Position numbers and translations under genes: made by a program. A DNA stretch of 64,000 nt from Halorarum halobium (GTDB taxonomy: Archaea; Halobacteriota; Halobacteria; Halobacteriales; Haloferacaceae): positions 62,001 to 126,000 of the forward strand of contig NZ_CP134949.1 of NCBI RefSeq assembly GCF_032116555.1. The letters run 5' to 3'. The notes under the pieces were generated by a model, which saw nothing but the letters and a program-made list of their open reading frames with translations, was not told where the DNA came from and did no database searches. This document shows, one piece after another, positions 62,884-64,000 of the stretch. Within the stretch, counting starts at the first letter, position 1; every line of letters begins with the position of its first letter.

Positions 62884-63017
62884 GAGCGAGGGAGGCGCGG
62901 CGCAGCCGCGCCGACCGAGTCTGGCGGCGTTTTGGCATGAACGGGTTTTGCGGGGGTTCGACGAGCGAGGGCCGGCTGAGCCGGCCCGAGCGAGGAGGAC
63001 CCCCGCAAAGGAGGTTC
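62884..63017 (+). repeat. Intergenic palindromic element just past the PolD small-subunit stop
   Basis: GC-GA-GG-GA-ggcgcggc-GCA-gccgcgcc-GA-CC-GA-GT; tttgcgggggt...acccccgcaaa enclosing GAGCGA-gggccggc-tga-gccggccc-GAGCGA. Confidence 0.8.
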
Positions 63018-63018
63018 C

Positions 63019-64000
63019 TCAGGTGAACTTCCGAACCGTCATGTCCAGCGTGTCGAGTTCGAGGATTGGCGCGAACCCGGCGTCGGGGTCGATGTTGACG
63101 GACTTCTGGAAGTCGGTCTGGGCCTGCCAGCAGCCCGAGTTGACCGCGAGGACGTTGTGGTACTTCCCCCAGCCCAGCTTGTGGACGTGGCCGGTGTGGA
63201 ACACGTCCGGCACCTCGTCCATCACGAGGTAGTCCTTCTCCTCCGGGGCGATGCGGGTGTGACCGCCGTACTGCGGTGCGACGTGGCGCTTCTTCAACAG
63301 CTGGTACATGGCCCTGTGGGGCTCGTCGTAGCTGGCCTTCTCTTCGGGAAGCTCGGCGATGACCTCGTCGAGCGAGACGCCGTGGTACATGAGGATCGAG
63401 ACGCCCTCGACGTCGACCATCGACGGGTTGCCCGAGATCTGCGGGTCGTGGGCCGACATGATGTCGCGGAGCTCCTCGTCGAAGCCCGGTTGCGGTTCGG
63501 CGAGCCGGACCGCGTCGTGGTTGCCCGGGATCATCACGATCTCCATGTCGCCGGGCACCTCCTTGAGGTACTCCGCAAAGCGCTCGTACTGGTCGTAGAT
63601 GTCCACCACGTCGAGTTCCTCGTCCTGGTTCGGGTAGACGCCGACGCCCTCGACCATGTCGCCAGCGACGAGGAGGTACTCGACGCGTTCGGCCTCCTCG
63701 GTGTGGAGCCAGTCGGCAAAGCGGTGCCAGGCGTCGGCCATGAACTCCTGGGAACCGACGTGGACGTCCGAGATGAGCGCCGCCTCGACCTCGCGGTCGG
63801 CCGTGCTCGGCCTGTACGTCCGTGGGACGTCCGGGAAGTGGATGGCGTCGACGAACAGGATGCCCGCGTCGTCCGCGAGGGTGCCCTGGACGGCGATGCA
63901 CTCGTCCAGCAGCAGTTCGTCGACCAGGTCCGCGATGTCCCGGTCCTTCATGACGAGACACGGAAACGTCCCCGTCGTGTCCTCGAGTTCGATCAGCCAG
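63019..64000 (-). CDS. polB: DNA polymerase II (PolD) small subunit DP1, 5' truncated by the window edge
   Basis: ISDVHVGS, AGDMVEGVGVYPNQ, IPGNHD, YHGVSLD, RHVAP, HTGHVH, NSGCWQAQTDFQ. Confidence 0.93.
   Translation of the reverse strand, partial: WLIELEDTTGTFPCLVMKDRDIADLVDELLLDECIAVQGTLADDAGILFVDAIHFPDVPRTYRPSTADREVEAALISDVHVGSQEFMADAWHRFADWLHTEEAERVEYLLVAGDMVEGVGVYPNQDEELDVVDIYDQYERFAEYLKEVPGDMEIVMIPGNHDAVRLAEPQPGFDEELRDIMSAHDPQISGNPSMVDVEGVSILMYHGVSLDEVIAELPEEKASYDEPHRAMYQLLKKRHVAPQYGGHTRIAPEEKDYLVMDEVPDVFHTGHVHKLGWGKYHNVLAVNSGCWQAQTDFQKSVNIDPDAGFAPILELDTLDMTVRKFT

Overview
This is a very GC-rich window with acidic proteins, typical of a haloarchaeal (Halobacteria) main chromosome. It is mostly core genes: the end of a sugar ABC ATPase, a LarA/DUF362-like protein and two enolase-superfamily dehydratases, a cox operon (coxB, fused coxAC, subunit IV), rnz, DUF460, ilvA, trm1, yihY, PAP2, divergent glnA/lrp, an aminopeptidase, alaS, a GAF/PAS histidine kinase, TspO, threonine aldolase, CDF and MgtE-like transporters, endA-trpS, MATE, uvrB, pheST, two rhodaneses, a thiamine ABC transporter, an FAD/Rieske oxidoreductase and the truncated PolD small subunit. 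I found no rRNA, tRNA, CRISPR array, transposase or integrase. The most unusual signal is non-coding. Four intergenic loci (~30.7, 42.4-42.9, 49.6 and 62.9 kb) hold related, modular and partly nested palindromic elements. Their purine-rich strand can fold into hairpins that alternate Watson-Crick pairs with tandem G.A mismatches, often capped by cGNAg triloops, with compensatory changes between copies. Also notable are a regular five-tract G-quadruplex motif, repeated micro-duplications across stop codons, and an A1-like oxidase that appears to lack the K-channel residues. All calls come from reading motifs by eye; no database searches were run.
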